DNA of 64,000 nt from the human T2T-CHM13v2.0 reference genome, Homo sapiens. The notes below the pieces were generated by a model. That model was not told the origin of the DNA. It saw only the letters and a list, made by a program, of their open reading frames with translations, and searched no databases. Location: the NCBI RefSeq assembly GCF_009914755.1, contig NC_060937.1. The stretch is one strand, 5' to 3'. Made by a program: the position numbers and the translations under genes. Position 1 is the first letter of the stretch. Each line of letters opens with the position of its first letter. This document shows positions 43,409 to 60,095 of this stretch, piece after piece.

Positions 43409-43465
43409 GAAGAAACTGAGGCCCACCCTGATGAAGAAACTGAGGCCCACCCTGATGAAGAAACT
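43409..43465. repeat. Perfect 24-bp tandem duplication within an antisense MIR
   Basis: gaagaaactgaggcccaccctgat x2 plus partial third copy gaagaaact. Confidence 0.95.
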
Positions 43466-44448
43466 TGCACAGAGTCGTGTAGTGTTAGTGGCAGAACTTG
43501 GACTAGAACCCCAGTTCCCCAATTCCTAGTCCTTTGCTGCTTCACTGTACCTCTCTGTCTCCCATCCTGTGGAAACATACAGACCACATTTCAAAGAGCA
43601 AAGTGTGAACATTTGTCCCAGTGAAATGAGGTTGATTGAATTTTATGTGGTCTTTCTTCCTTCCCTCCCCCTAAATCACAACTTTTAATAAAGCTTTAAA
43701 AAGAAGCAGTGTGGCTCTAGAAGGCAGTGTGCGAAGTGAGGAGTTTAGGAAGCTGAGGCCCTTCCTTTGGCGGTGGGAATGTTATGTTAGTGAGTATCTT
43801 TTGGGAGTTGTCAGTAGGCACTTAACTCCAAGCAGAGTGCTGTAAAGTGGAGGCAGGCAGACATAGCCCTTGTCCTTCAAAATGAGAAGGCCACACTGAG
43901 GGGAAAGGTCAGAGGAAGGGCTTGGGCCAGCATTGTGTCACTCTACTCTATGGGCCCTGGCTACTTTTGCTTGGGTCACTTTCATTCCGAGGGCAAAACT
44001 CATACATACAAGTAAAACATGGTTAAAAAGCCCAACATCTGCAGTATACACACATTTAGTTTTGTGTGTATAATATAGTCTGTGCCACATGTTTTAGTGC
44101 TATCATGCACTGTGCTCTAATTACCTGGCATGCAGCAATCAGAGCAAAGGTTACCAGCACATAGAAGAGAGAATCATTAACACTGTCAGGTTCTGCAAAC
44201 TGGTTGTTCTGAAAGCTCAAAGGTCAGTCTTTAATGGCTGCATAGTGGAGAAAGAAATCCACTACAAAATCTATTCAGTTAATTTTGTATAGTCAACTAC
44301 CTCTACCTACCAGTAATATCGTTTTAAAATATGTAATAAAGACTTAATGCAGTTAACATGTTACTCTACATCCCATGAACCCTTACTGCGGTGGAGAATG
44401 ACCACAGTTGTGGGCTTCAGTTTATTTGCCCCATTACAGTGTATTCTA

Positions 44449-44802
<354 letters not shown>

Positions 44803-47185
44803 TTAACAAAAGAAGAAGCTGATATGTTACCCTTGTTCTTACTGTGAAGGTGGAGTTTCTCTTCCAATTAGGATATAAGAGAACATTGCTTCTATTTTAA
44901 GAAACAAAAAAGGCCAGATTATCTAGAAAGCAATAACTTTTCTTAAATCCCAAAGAGTGACAAACCCATCTGAGAGTAGACAGGACACTTGAACTGTTTC
45001 ACATTTAGCAGAGCACAGGGGGAACAGGTAACCATCATAGAAGTGCATAAGAAGAATTCAGCAAAAATTGTAATGCATTCTTAAGGTTGAGTATGGGCTA
45101 ATGCATCAGTTTAGGATAACCAGGTACCCCAGATACAAGGGGAAGGTTACACTTACTCATAAGCTGTTTTCTACAGCCCTCCACTGGGTACTCTTAAGAA
45201 AGCTTATGAGCAAGCCTGGAGACTAGACAGAACCTCTTTTGATCGTGCTGCTCTGCGGGAGGTAATCTCAGCTGCCACTGGGAGACAGGCATGATGTAAC
45301 ACCTGCTTCCCCACAGCCTTCTCTCCTATGACAGAGTTCCCAGGAGGGCAATGAAACCTCTAGCCCATAGGACTCAGCAAAGATCTATTTCTGGCAGAGG
45401 TTTAGGAAACCCTCTTTCCTGCCCTGTGACCAGCAAGATCCTCTGCTTCTGGGACGAAGGGTAATTAATAGCAAAAGCAGGACAGACTCTTAGGCTCATA
45501 ATCTTTCACTGATGCAAAGCAAAGTTCTCTTTCTGCTGCATGAGGGACAGGAACTCTTTCATGCCCAAGACAGGGACAAATATCAGGCAGAGTTTAGTTG
45601 CGTTGGAGAAGAGATGCACAGATCCTGAGAAGGCCCCACTCTGAGGTCCAGGTATATGGATCATTCCTAAAATTTAGGCTGGGCCAGGGAGAGCAAGGAG
45701 CCTAGCACCTGGTAACGTAGCAATAACAGTCATCTCTGGAGAGCAAGAATGTAAAGAGGAATTTGTGTCACCTTTGTGACATAAATGTCAAGGAACTACA
45801 GGATGATCAGGAACACTGAAAAAAGTCTAGCACACTAGGCACAAGACAGCAGCCCATGGCTAGGGGATTTTGATGCTTGGTGTATCAGATAACAATAGCA
45901 GCCATCTCCCTCAAACCCTGACTAGGTTGACTCAATCAACCTTAGTAATGGCTTGCTAGAAGAACATGTGAATTCATTGCTGGACAAGAAATACTGTTTA
46001 CTTAGTCTCTACTGCTTTGCAAATGATATCCAGCATTCAGCACAAAATTATGAGACAAAAAAGGCAAGAAAGAATGACGTGTTGTAAATCAAGAGATAAA
46101 GCAATCAGCAATCAATGGAAACAGACTCAGAGATAACTTAGATATGGGAACTTAAAAATAACTGTGATTAATGTATTGAAAAATGTATTGAGAAAAGTCT
46201 ATATCAACAGAAATAAGGAAACAAGTTTTTAAGAGTTAAATGGAAACTGTTGGAAATGTAAAAACAAATTGGGTTTATTAGCAAACTGGATGTAGCTGAG
46301 AAAATAATGAAAGCTAAATCAGCAGAATATAAAAAGGAACAGTGAAACAAAAGAAGAAACAAGGAAAGAGGAAAGTGGAGTGGGGAAGGGGAGGGATGAC
46401 AAAACCGAGCATCTAAGAACTATGGAACAGTATCAGTAGTCTAACACACATGTAATTGGAAACCCAGAAGGAAAAGAGAAGATACTGTCCAGAAAAAAAT
46501 ACTAGAAGGCACAGTTGCTGAGAATTATCCCAAATTAATGAAAGACAGGAAACAACTAATAAGACAAACAGATCCAAGAATCTCAGAGAACCCCAAGCAG
46601 GATTTTTTTTTTTAAGAACCCTCCAAGTTCTAGAAACACTGGAATCAAGTTGCTGAAATACCCAAGGTAAAGGGGAAAGTCTTGCAGGCAGCCATAGTTT
46701 AAAGAAAATGAAACATTACAAACAGAGGAACAAGGGTAAGAATAACAGCAGACTTCTTGTCAGAGACTATGAAAGTCATTAAGACAGTGAAATAACATTT
46801 TTAAAGTATCAAGAGAAAAAGCTCAAATCCTGTCGATGCATAATTCTATACCCAGCAAAAATATATTTTTAAATTAAAGGCCAAATAAAGAATGTTTCAG
46901 ACAAACAAAAGCTGAGGGAATTTATTGCCACAGATCTGCACTGTAAGAAATGAAAGGAAGTTCTTGGGCAGAAGGGGCATCAGATGGCAGTTGGGATCTA
47001 AACAAAGAAATGAAGAGACCCTGAAATGGTAAAAGAGAATAAATATGTTATATTTTTTCTTATTTTTAATTACATTAATTGATAATTGTCCAGAGCAAAA
47101 ACAATAGTAATGTGGGGTTTATAAGAGGTAAAATATATGACAACATTGGACAAAGCATGGAAGAAGAAAATGGAAATATACTGTT

Positions 47186-47739
47186 TATATTAGGGGGTCT
47201 CCAGAGAAATAGAACATATAGGATATATAGATTTATGAGGAGATTTACTATGGAATTTGGCTCACACAATTATGGAGGCTGAGAAGTCCCACAATCTGCT
47301 GTCTACAAACTGGGGACCCAGGAAAGCCAGTGGTGTAATTCATTGTGCCTAGCTGATGGTATAACTCCCAGTCCATTGCCAAAGACTCGAGGACCTGGGA
47401 TTGGGAAGGTGGTGCAGGTGTAAGCTTTGGAGTCTGAAAGCCTGAGAACCAGGAGCTCCAATGTCTGAGGGCAGGAGAAGATGGATGTCCCAACTTAAGA
47501 AGAGAGAGAGAGAGAGAAAATTCATCCTTCCTCCACTCTTTTGTTCTGTTCAGGTTCTCAGTGGATTGGATGATGCCCACCCACCTTGGTGAGGGTGGAT
47601 CTTTTTTTACTCAGTCCACTGATTCTAGTGCTGATGTCTTTCAGAAGCACCCTCTCACAGACTCACCCAGAGATAATGTTTCAGCAGCTCTGGGTATCTC
47701 CTAGCCCAGTCAGCTTGACACATAAAATGAACCATTACA
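47186..47739 (-). mobile_element. MLT2 (ERVL) solo LTR
   Basis: tattag..tctccagagaaa..ggctcacacaattatggaggctgagaagtcccacaatctgc..cagcttgacacataaaatgaaccattaca. Confidence 0.9.
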
Positions 47740-47987
47740 TTATTCTAAAGTTACAGTGTTCTCACACTATGCATGAAGTTGTTCAGTATTATTCGAAGGT
47801 AGGTGTGATAAGCTAAAAATGTATATATCTATAGTAAGCTCTAGAGCAACTACTATGAAAAACGTAAAAAGAATAAAAACCAGTTGTGGAGATGAAATGA
47901 CATCATAACAAATAACTGAAAGAAAGCAGAAAAAGAGCTTTTGGACCAAAGAACAGGTGGGACAAATAGAAAACCACTAGCAGGATG

Positions 47988-48474
47988 TGTTAAAGAAAAA
48001 ATTATTTAATAAGACTTGTTAAAGCATGGTAAAGACTTTTATTCAGGACCATTGCAGAAGGTAGAGGAGCCACTGCAACAGCATCTTGCAGTAGGGGAGA
48101 GAGATTGGGTTCAACTCTGAATACAGCATGGGCAAGTGGGGACTTATAGCCAAGGATCAGTGAGAGGGTCAGTGGATGGAAAAGTACTAAGAGGAGGACG
48201 TCAGGGGTTAGGAGAATTCTGGCTGACGCCTAAGAGGATTCTTGCTGAAGATAGCCAGGGTGATGCGATGTCATCTGGGGGATGGTGGACAGTTAGGAAC
48301 CTGATGAGATATTGAGGATAAACAAATTTTGAGGATGGCAAGGAATGTTCTTGCTAAACACATTTAGCAGGGGTCTTTGCTAGAAACTGAATTTTACAAA
48401 GAAGGTGCACAGATGGGCCTAGCAGAAGGTTCAGAAGCCTGACTGAAGTTTGGCCAAGCAAAGAATCTTTGTCA
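47988..48474 (-). mobile_element. MER31-like ERV1 solo LTR
   Basis: TG...CA ends; perfect 4-bp TSD gatg (47984-47987 / 48475-48478); reverse strand starts tgacaaagattctttgcttggccaaact. Confidence 0.88.
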
Positions 48475-48908
48475 GATGGAAGGTTTAAATTCAGCCACAT
48501 CAACAATTACATTGAATGTAAATGATCTAAACACCCTAGTTAAAAGTCAGAGATTGTAAAATTGGATAAAAAAGCAACACAACCGTATGCTCTCCAAAAT
48601 AAATTCTCTTTAAATACATAGAAACAGAAAGGTTAAAATTAGAAGGAAAAACTTGTAAACACTAATCAAAATAAGGAATGACCGTTATATCAAAGTAGAC
48701 TTTGGAACAAAGATTATTATTAGGGGTAAATGGGACATTACATAATGATAATGGGATCATTTCCCCAAGAAGACTTAATAATCTTAAATATGTGGCTACA
48801 TTCAACAACAGATCTTTAAAATACAGAAACAAAAACTGATAGAACTCAGGGGAGAAGTTGACAAATACACAATTATTGTTGACGTCTTCAACAACTCCTC
48901 TCTGAGGA

Positions 48909-49687
48909 CAGTAGGAAGTAAAATTCGCTACCCAATTTGCTGTAAACACATATAAATGCTGAATAGAGTATAACCAAGAAAGTAGAAAGTAGAAAGCACA
49001 TTGATATGATTTTGAAATTCTTTAATCATTTGGCTTTAATTGGAAGAGTACCAATTGGAGAAGTTCAGTGCCAGTATTCAGGCATTTAATTGTACAACAT
49101 GTAAAATTAGAGGAGAAATTTAGGTTTAGATTAATTGCATGAGAAATAAAATTAGAGGACAAATGTTAGTATCTTATTTTGGTAATATAAAATTAATTAA
49201 AATTATATTACTATCAACATCTTATACTATACTTTTTTTTTATTTTCATGTGAGCCTCTCAACAACCTGTAAGGCAGGCAGGGAAGGTGTAACTAGTATT
49301 ACTGCACAGGGACTCATGGAGTTATTTTGATAGGGTAATATATAAAATCAGAGGTGGGGTGTACATTTATTGCTGTGCATGCAACATTGTCTACCCCATT
49401 TCCTGTAACTAATATCCTCAATATCTATCTGGTTCTTTGTTTTGGTTTTTCACCTATACCTAGTCAAAGTTTATATGTGTCACTGTTTATTCATTCAGAA
49501 TACATTTGAGGATACATTGGGGTGGGCTGGGGGGACGTGAAATGTGGTAGGTGTTGTAGTAATGAAGGGACAATTAAAACGAAGGCTAAGAATTCTTAAG
49601 AGAATCCTCGCAAATGGCAGTAGGAAGTAAAATTAGCTACCCAAGTTGCTATAAACACATACAAATGTTGGATAGAGTATAACCAAG
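48909..49687 (+). repeat. 70-bp dispersed direct repeat (48909-48978 and 49618-49687)
   Basis: Manual ungapped alignment, 64/70 identical. Confidence 0.93.
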
Positions 49688-49731
49688 TATGTGTGTATGC
49701 ACTTATATATGTATATATTTATATTTAAAAT

Positions 49732-49890
49732 AGATATACCTAATGCTAGATGACGAGTTAGTGGGTGCAGCACACCAGCATGGAACATGTATACATATGT
49801 AACTAACCTGCACAATGTGCACATGTACCCTAAAACTTAAAGTATAATAATAAAGAAAAAAAAACCCTAAAAAAAAAATAAAATAAAATA
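49732..49890 (+). mobile_element. Severely 5'-truncated L1PA2-like 3' end (~115 bp plus tail)
   Basis: gatatacctaatgctagatgacGAGttagtgggtgcag..cctaaaacttaaagtataataa plus A tail; TSD about taaaata(g/t)atat. Confidence 0.9.
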
Positions 49891-51944
49891 TATATGTATT
49901 TTAAAACATTGCCATGCTTGAACGAATCAGCAATCTTCCCTAGGTGTTAGGAGCTGAGAGAGTTGGAGGGAAGATGCTTAGAGCTAGAGGCCAGGGTTTA
50001 ATGCTGCCCGTACATGGAAATGTGTTTCAGGCCAACCTGATGGAATGAGCTAGAACTGAGACCTCAGAATAAATGCTGGGATGTTCAAAGGGCTGTCAAA
50101 TCCCGTAAAAGTTGGGTAGAAAACCTGCGCTCGCCAATCCTGAGAAATAGCTTGCCATCTGCCTGGGGCTCCAAATAGTAAGAAAACAAAACAAACAAAT
50201 GTGTTAGGGAGAAATTAGAACCACAGTCTTGGCCAGGGGCACAGCAAAAGAAAACATAAAATTGTTCTACAAGGAAACTTTTCTAAAACAAGGTGCAGAG
50301 AACAACCCCCTACCCCCACCATGAGAAAGAGTTTGCAGTAAGAGGTTAGACACACTAGCAAGTGTCAGCAGGTGCTGCACATGTGTGAGGGCACATGCAC
50401 ACACAGAATTAGCACAGCAAGTATGAATTAAGGTAGGTAATTAAGCTACCTGGCTCCTCCCAGGAGGAGATGCCAAGGTAGGATTACAAGTTCAAGGATC
50501 CTGAATGGATCACCTGGGTTCCTTCCTGCCTCCTTTGCATGAACACAGTCTTACCTCTTCCTGCTGGCTGGAGTCAGTTTCCTCTGCCAGTACGGAGATT
50601 CCTCTTTTCATTTTCTATTCCATGGTAACATGAGTCCAAAGTACCGTGGTGGCATCCAGAACTTGCAGTTCAGTGGGATCTTTGCCTTGTTCCTGCTAAG
50701 TGTGTGCCCCATTTCAGACCCCCAGCCCTGCAGTGTCCACTGGTGCAGAATGGGAAGCACAAAGTTCCCCTGGGCTGTTGGTGGTGATCATTAAGTAGGG
50801 CTTTTCTTGCCTCCAGCCCTAGGCGCCTAAGCCCACATGTCCTCCTCCTTGGGATCCCACTGCCATCTAGAGGCCTCTGATGTATAAGTGTACTGTGTTG
50901 TGGAGTATCACCATCCTTTCAGAGTGTCTGGCAAGCTTGTGCTTCAGTGTGCCTTGAAAAGGCTGGCCCAGCGTTCATTGGGATGGACCCGCGTTGGGTG
51001 GTTTGATATGTGATGTGACCATTGGATCCTGTCGATGGGCCCACGCTCGACGTCCTTCACTGTAAAGTGGGTCCCCTCGTCAGATGCGATGATGTGTGGG
51101 GTCCATCAGGCTGATAATTCTGGGTGGACTTATCGATGATGCAGGCTGGCGGATTTTGCCTGCTTTGTGTTCAGTGTCTCTTTGGTGGGAAACTTTCCAG
51201 TGGAGGTTAACAAGTGATACAGAAATCTTCACCCTGTGCCCACTCCCGAATTTCTACCCACATGGCCTTTATCCAGATCTCCTTGTTCCTCATCTTCCAG
51301 TTCTTTTTATTTCAGTACCTTGACCATACAACCAGGCTGTGGCCACTGCCCACACATCTGCACGCATTTCAGATCAAGCTACGCGGTGTCATGAACTGGT
51401 GTCCTGCCCACAGCTCCACCTGCTGGGAAGATTTTCCTTTCCACTGTCTCTGAGGGCCATCCTGAGTACTGCTGCAGCACACACAGTCCATTTTTGACTA
51501 ACACCATGTGCTGAGCTGATCCGTCTGAAAAACCAAGCTCAGGCTTTCCTTCCTCCTTCCCCTGGATGTATGAGTCTGCTGCCTGTGTAACCTAGGCACA
51601 CAGGGGAGGGGCACTACAGCTCTTGGGGGTGACTTGGAGGTCTGGGCTTCCTGCTCATGGGACTCACTTGTATCCTGTGGTTCTACTGTGGTTCAATCTT
51701 GAATGTCCCATTTCTATTTTATGGTCAACTGCTGCTAGTTTGAATTAATAACTTGACTGACAGAACTTAGCTCATTCTGGGGAGCTTTGCATGCCTGGAC
51801 CCCTGGTTCTCTGTGATCTCTACCAGGTCTTGGTAATATAGTACATTTAATACTCTGATGTGATGGCAGGTCCTAGGGCCTTGCCTTTGATTCTCCTGCT
51901 GGAGCTTGCCACAAACTCCATATTGTCCTGTTTTCCTTATTTTT

Positions 51945-52120
51945 TAAATTTTTCTTTTATTTTTATTTATTTATTTTTTGAGTCTCAGGGCATTTATTTT
52001 GTAAGGAACATGTTTGAAAAGGGGCATTTTAATTATCCTGTAAATGTTTTTACCTCAGCAATAATGTTTACATAGCTAGTAATCATGGCTCTCAGGCATG
52101 ATGAGTTTTACTGTTGTTAA
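51945..52120 (-). other. Putative L1 3' transduction (unique ~140 bp, 51980-52120) plus second poly(A) tail (51945-51979)
   Basis: Lies between the L1 tail and the TSD; minus-strand AATAAA at 51998-51993, 13 nt before the second tail. Confidence 0.78.
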
Positions 52121-52337
52121 GTTTTGTTTTGTTTTTATACTTAAAGTTCTAGGGTACATGTGCACAACATGCAGGTTTGTTACATAGGTATACATGTGCC
52201 ATGTTGGTTTGCTGCACTCACTAACTCGTCATTTACATTAGGTATTTCTCCTAATGCTGTCCTTCCCCCAGCCCCCCAACCCCCGACAGGCCCTGGTGTG
52301 TGATGTTCCCTGCCCTGTGTCCAAGTGTTCTCATTGT

Positions 52338-56496
<4,159 letters not shown>

Positions 56497-56559
56497 TATG
56501 ATGTTAGCTGGTTATTTTGCCTGTTAATTGATCCAGTTTATTCATAGCATCGATGGTCT

Positions 56560-57584
56560 TTACAATTTGGCATGTTTTTGCAGTGGCTGGTACCGGTTGT
56601 TCCTTTCCATGTTTAGCGCTTCTTTCAGGAGCTCTTGTAAGGCAGGCCTGGTGGTGACAAAATCTCTCAGCATTTGCTTGTCTGTGAAGGATTTTATTTC
56701 TCCTTCACTTATGAAGCTTAGTTTGGCTGGATATGAAATTCTGGGTTGAAAATTCTTTTCTTTAAGAAGGTTGAATATTGGCCCCCATTCTCTTCTGGCT
56801 TGTAAGGTTTCTGTCCAGAGATCCACTGTTAGTCTGATGGGGTTCCCTTTGTGGGTAACCCGACCTTTCTCTCTGGCTGCCTTTAACATTTTTTCCTTCA
56901 TTTCAGCCTTGGTGAATCTGACAATTATGTGTTTTGGGGTTGCTTTTCTCGAGGAGTATCTTTGTGGTGTTCTCTGTATTTCCTGAATTTGAATGTTGGT
57001 CTGCCTTGCTAGGTTGGGGAAGTTCTCCTGGATAATATCCTGAAAAGTGTTTTCCAACTTGATTCCATTCTCCCTGTTACTTTCAGGTACACCAGTCAAA
57101 CGTAGATTTGGTCTTTTCACATAGTCCCGTATTTCTTGGAGGCTTTGTTTGTTTCTTTTTACTTTTTTTCTCTAAACTTGTCTTCTCACTTTATTTCATT
57201 ATTTTGATCTTCAATCACTGATATCTTTTCTTTCACTTGATTGAATCAGCTATTGAAGCTTGTGCATGCGTCATGAAGTTCTTGTGCCATGGTTTTCAGC
57301 TCCATCAGGTCATTTAAGTTCTTCTATACATTGTTTATTCTAGTTAGCCATTCGTCTAACCTTTTTTCAAGGTTTTTAGCTTCCTTGCAATGGGTTAGAA
57401 CATGCTCCTTTAGCTCGGAGAAGTTTGTTATTACTGACCTTCTGAAGCCTACTTCTGTCAACTCATCAAAGTCATTCTCCGTCCAGCTTTGTTCCATTGC
57501 TGGCAAGGAGCTGTGATCCTTTGGAGGAGAAAACGTGCTCTGGTTTTTAGAATTTTCAGCTTTTCTGCTCTGCTTTCTCCCCAT
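56560..57584 (-). pseudogene. L1 ORF1 (RNA-binding protein), disrupted
   Basis: MGRKQSRKAENSKNQ.. start at 57584; C-terminal fragment KRPNLRL..ARREW..YPAKLS..QPLQKHAKL*; premature stop at 57324. Confidence 0.93.
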
Positions 57585-58183
57585 CTTTGTGGTTTTATCT
57601 ACCTTTGGTCTTTGATGTTGGTGACCTACAGATGGGGTTTTCATGTGGATGTCTTTTTTGTTGATGTTGATGCTATTCCTTTCTGTTTGTTAGTTTTCCT
57701 TTTAACAGTCAGGTCCCTCAGCTGCAGGTCTGTTGGAGTTTGCTGGCACTCCACTCCAGACCGTGTTTGCCTAGGTATCACCAGCGGAAGCTGCAGAATA
57801 GCAAACATTGCAGAACAGCAAGTATTGCTGCCTGATGCGTCCTCTGAAAGCTTTATCCCAGAGGGGCATCCGCCTGTATGAGGTGTCTATCAGCCCCTTC
57901 TGGGAGGTGTCTCCCAGTTAGGCTACATGGGGGTCAGGGACCCACTTGAGGAGGCAGTCTGTCCGTTCTCAGAGCTCAAACGCCATGCTGGGAGAACCAC
58001 TGCTCTCTTCAGAGCTGTTAGACAGGGACTTTTAAGTCTGCAGAAGTTTCTGCTGCCTTTTGTTCAGCTATGCCCTGCCCACAGAGGTGGAGTCTATAGA
58101 GGCAGTAGGCCTTGCTGAGCTGTGGTGGGCTCCGCCCAGTTCAAGCTTCCTGGCTGCTTTGTTTACCTACTCAAGCCTCAGCA

Positions 58184-58378
58184 ATGGCGGATGCCCCTCC
58201 CCCTGTCAGGCTGCTTCCTCACAGGTTGATCTCAGACTGCTGCACTAGTAGTGAGCAAGGCTCCGCAGGTGTGGTACCCACTGAGCCAGGCACGGGAGAG
58301 AATCTCCTGGTCTGCTGGTTGCTAAGACTGTGGGAAAAGCACAGTATTTGGGCGGAAGTGCCCTGTTTTTCCAGGTAG
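58184..58378 (+). CDS. L1 ORF0-like antisense ORF, 64 aa (expression unproven)
   Basis: gcaATGG start; MADAPPP..LISDCC..EPG..FSR* is collinear with L1Hs ORF0 as recalled; lies in the L1 5'UTR antisense-promoter region. Confidence 0.4.
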   Translation: MADAPPPVRLLPHRLISDCCTSSEQGSAGVVPTEPGTGENLLVCWLLRLWEKHSIWAEVPCFSR

Positions 58379-59849
58379 TCTGTCATGGCTTCCCTTGACG
58401 AGGAAAGGGAAATCCCCTGACCCCTTGTGTTTCCTGGGTGAGGCAATGCCCCGCCCTGCTTTGGCTCGCCCTCCATGGGCTGCACCCACTGTCCAACCAG
58501 TCCCAATGAGAGGAACCAGGTACCTCAGTTGGAAATGCAGAAATCACCCATCTTCTGCGTCGATCATGCTGGGAGCTGCACTGCAGACCAGAGCTGTTCC
58601 TATTCGGCCATCTTGGAACAGAACTTATTTTTATTTTTTACCACCAATATCTCTGCTGGGTCATACAGCCTTAGCAGCCAGGCTGTTTGCACCACAGCCT
58701 AGACCTGCTGAAGGGTCCTTTCTTGCCTTGAGCCCCACTCAAAACTGGCAGCTGCCGTGTCATGCAGTCTGTAGACCAGAGCCATATCACAGGTGTGTTG
58801 CCCCCAGAACCCAACCTAATCAGCACTGGGCTTCCTCAGCATTGGGGGATGCAAGATATAACAAATTGTCTTTTCCTTAGGAGGAGATACCCAGCATGCC
58901 TCTGAGCACTGGGTCCCTCAGAACTTCACCGCAGTTGCCAGACCCTGAATCTTCACAGGGCTTATCTGCCACCCTCTGGAGCATGTGTGTCTTACCAAGG
59001 GCTCCTGTGTGCTGGCCACCCTGTGCTTAGTCTGTCCAGTCAGCATGACGGTGTTGCTCTCTTTCCTCTCTTAGGCCCAGCACTTTCACAGCTAGGTTGT
59101 TGCTGGAATTCGTATTTTGTTATCAACTTAGCATCCAGAAAGAAGAGTTGCATGTAATGCCTGCAGGGGGAGGGTACCTGCTGCCCTGTAGGGGAGAGGC
59201 CTCTGCAGCATATTCCAGCTCAGCCAAGTGCAAGCCCAGAGAGTCCCAATTGAGGGACTTGCAGGTAGGTTGTTTAGACTCAACAATATCATAGGCATTC
59301 ATCTAGAATTCCCCATCCCAGTTTTCAGAATGCTGGGTTTTCTCTCTTAGGGCCCAGACCTGCATACTTCACTTGCCTTGGCTGAGATTTAAACATTTCC
59401 AGCTCTTACTCTCACAACTGGACCTTGGAAATGGGAAACCCACAGCTTTTCATTCTGTCTGCCCATCCAATTCAGATGGTGGCGAAGACTGCTTTGTACC
59501 CACTAGGAAGGCCCTGTTGCCCTCACATTTAGCTGTTAACTGCTTGTTAACTGCAGTTCAGTATCCCGTTATCCTTATGCAGGGCATTAGTACAATTTTA
59601 GCACTGACTAGCCAACTCCGCTGCTTTTCTGGAATTTTTCCACTGAATCTGCATTATTGCCTTGGACATGAAAGGTATCCCTTCATTTGGACATTTTCCA
59701 GGTCACCGTCACTGTAATCTTTAGCAATCGAGCCATGACCTGTGCCAGGGACTACCCTCCTATCAGGATGGCATCCTCAACTGCAGAGTGGTCTGTGAGC
59801 ATGTCCCAGATCCCCCATCTCACCACCTGCTTTCTCAGATCATTCTCAG

Positions 59850-60095
59850 GGCACTTGGGTTTGTCTGGGTCTGAGCAACAGACACCAAGGTGGGATCACA
59901 GCTATAGGATTTGATTAAGGATATCACCTATGTGAAAGAAAAGGGGGTAGAAACTGGGGAGGCTGAGAGAGCCATCAAACCACAGTGCAAACCTGACCCT
60001 TGCAGTGGGGAGGAGAGGGGGTTGGGTGTTAGCGAGCTTTCCTAGTGTGCCATGAGGTCTAAGGGAGATTCAGCAGAGCCGATGAGGGGTTCTTG
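59850..60095 (-). mobile_element. LTR16-like ERVL LTR, probable 5' LTR of the adjacent internal region
   Basis: cagacaccaaggtgggat..ggatttgattaagg..gagagccatcaaaccacagtgcaaacctgacc resembles recalled LTR16; abuts the ERVL internal sequence. Confidence 0.55.

Larger units (their letters stand above)
44860..48908 (+). mobile_element. Ancient L1M 5' half (5'UTR, ORF1, start of ORF2 endonuclease) with two nested LTRs
   Basis: ORF1-like motifs at 46100-47000 (ccaagaatctcagagaaccccaagcagg, ataacagcagacttcttgtcagagac); ORF2 start ITLNVN.LN near 48505; breaks at the TIIV.DFN.PLS-like motif near 48870-48908. 5' boundary approximate. Confidence 0.75.
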
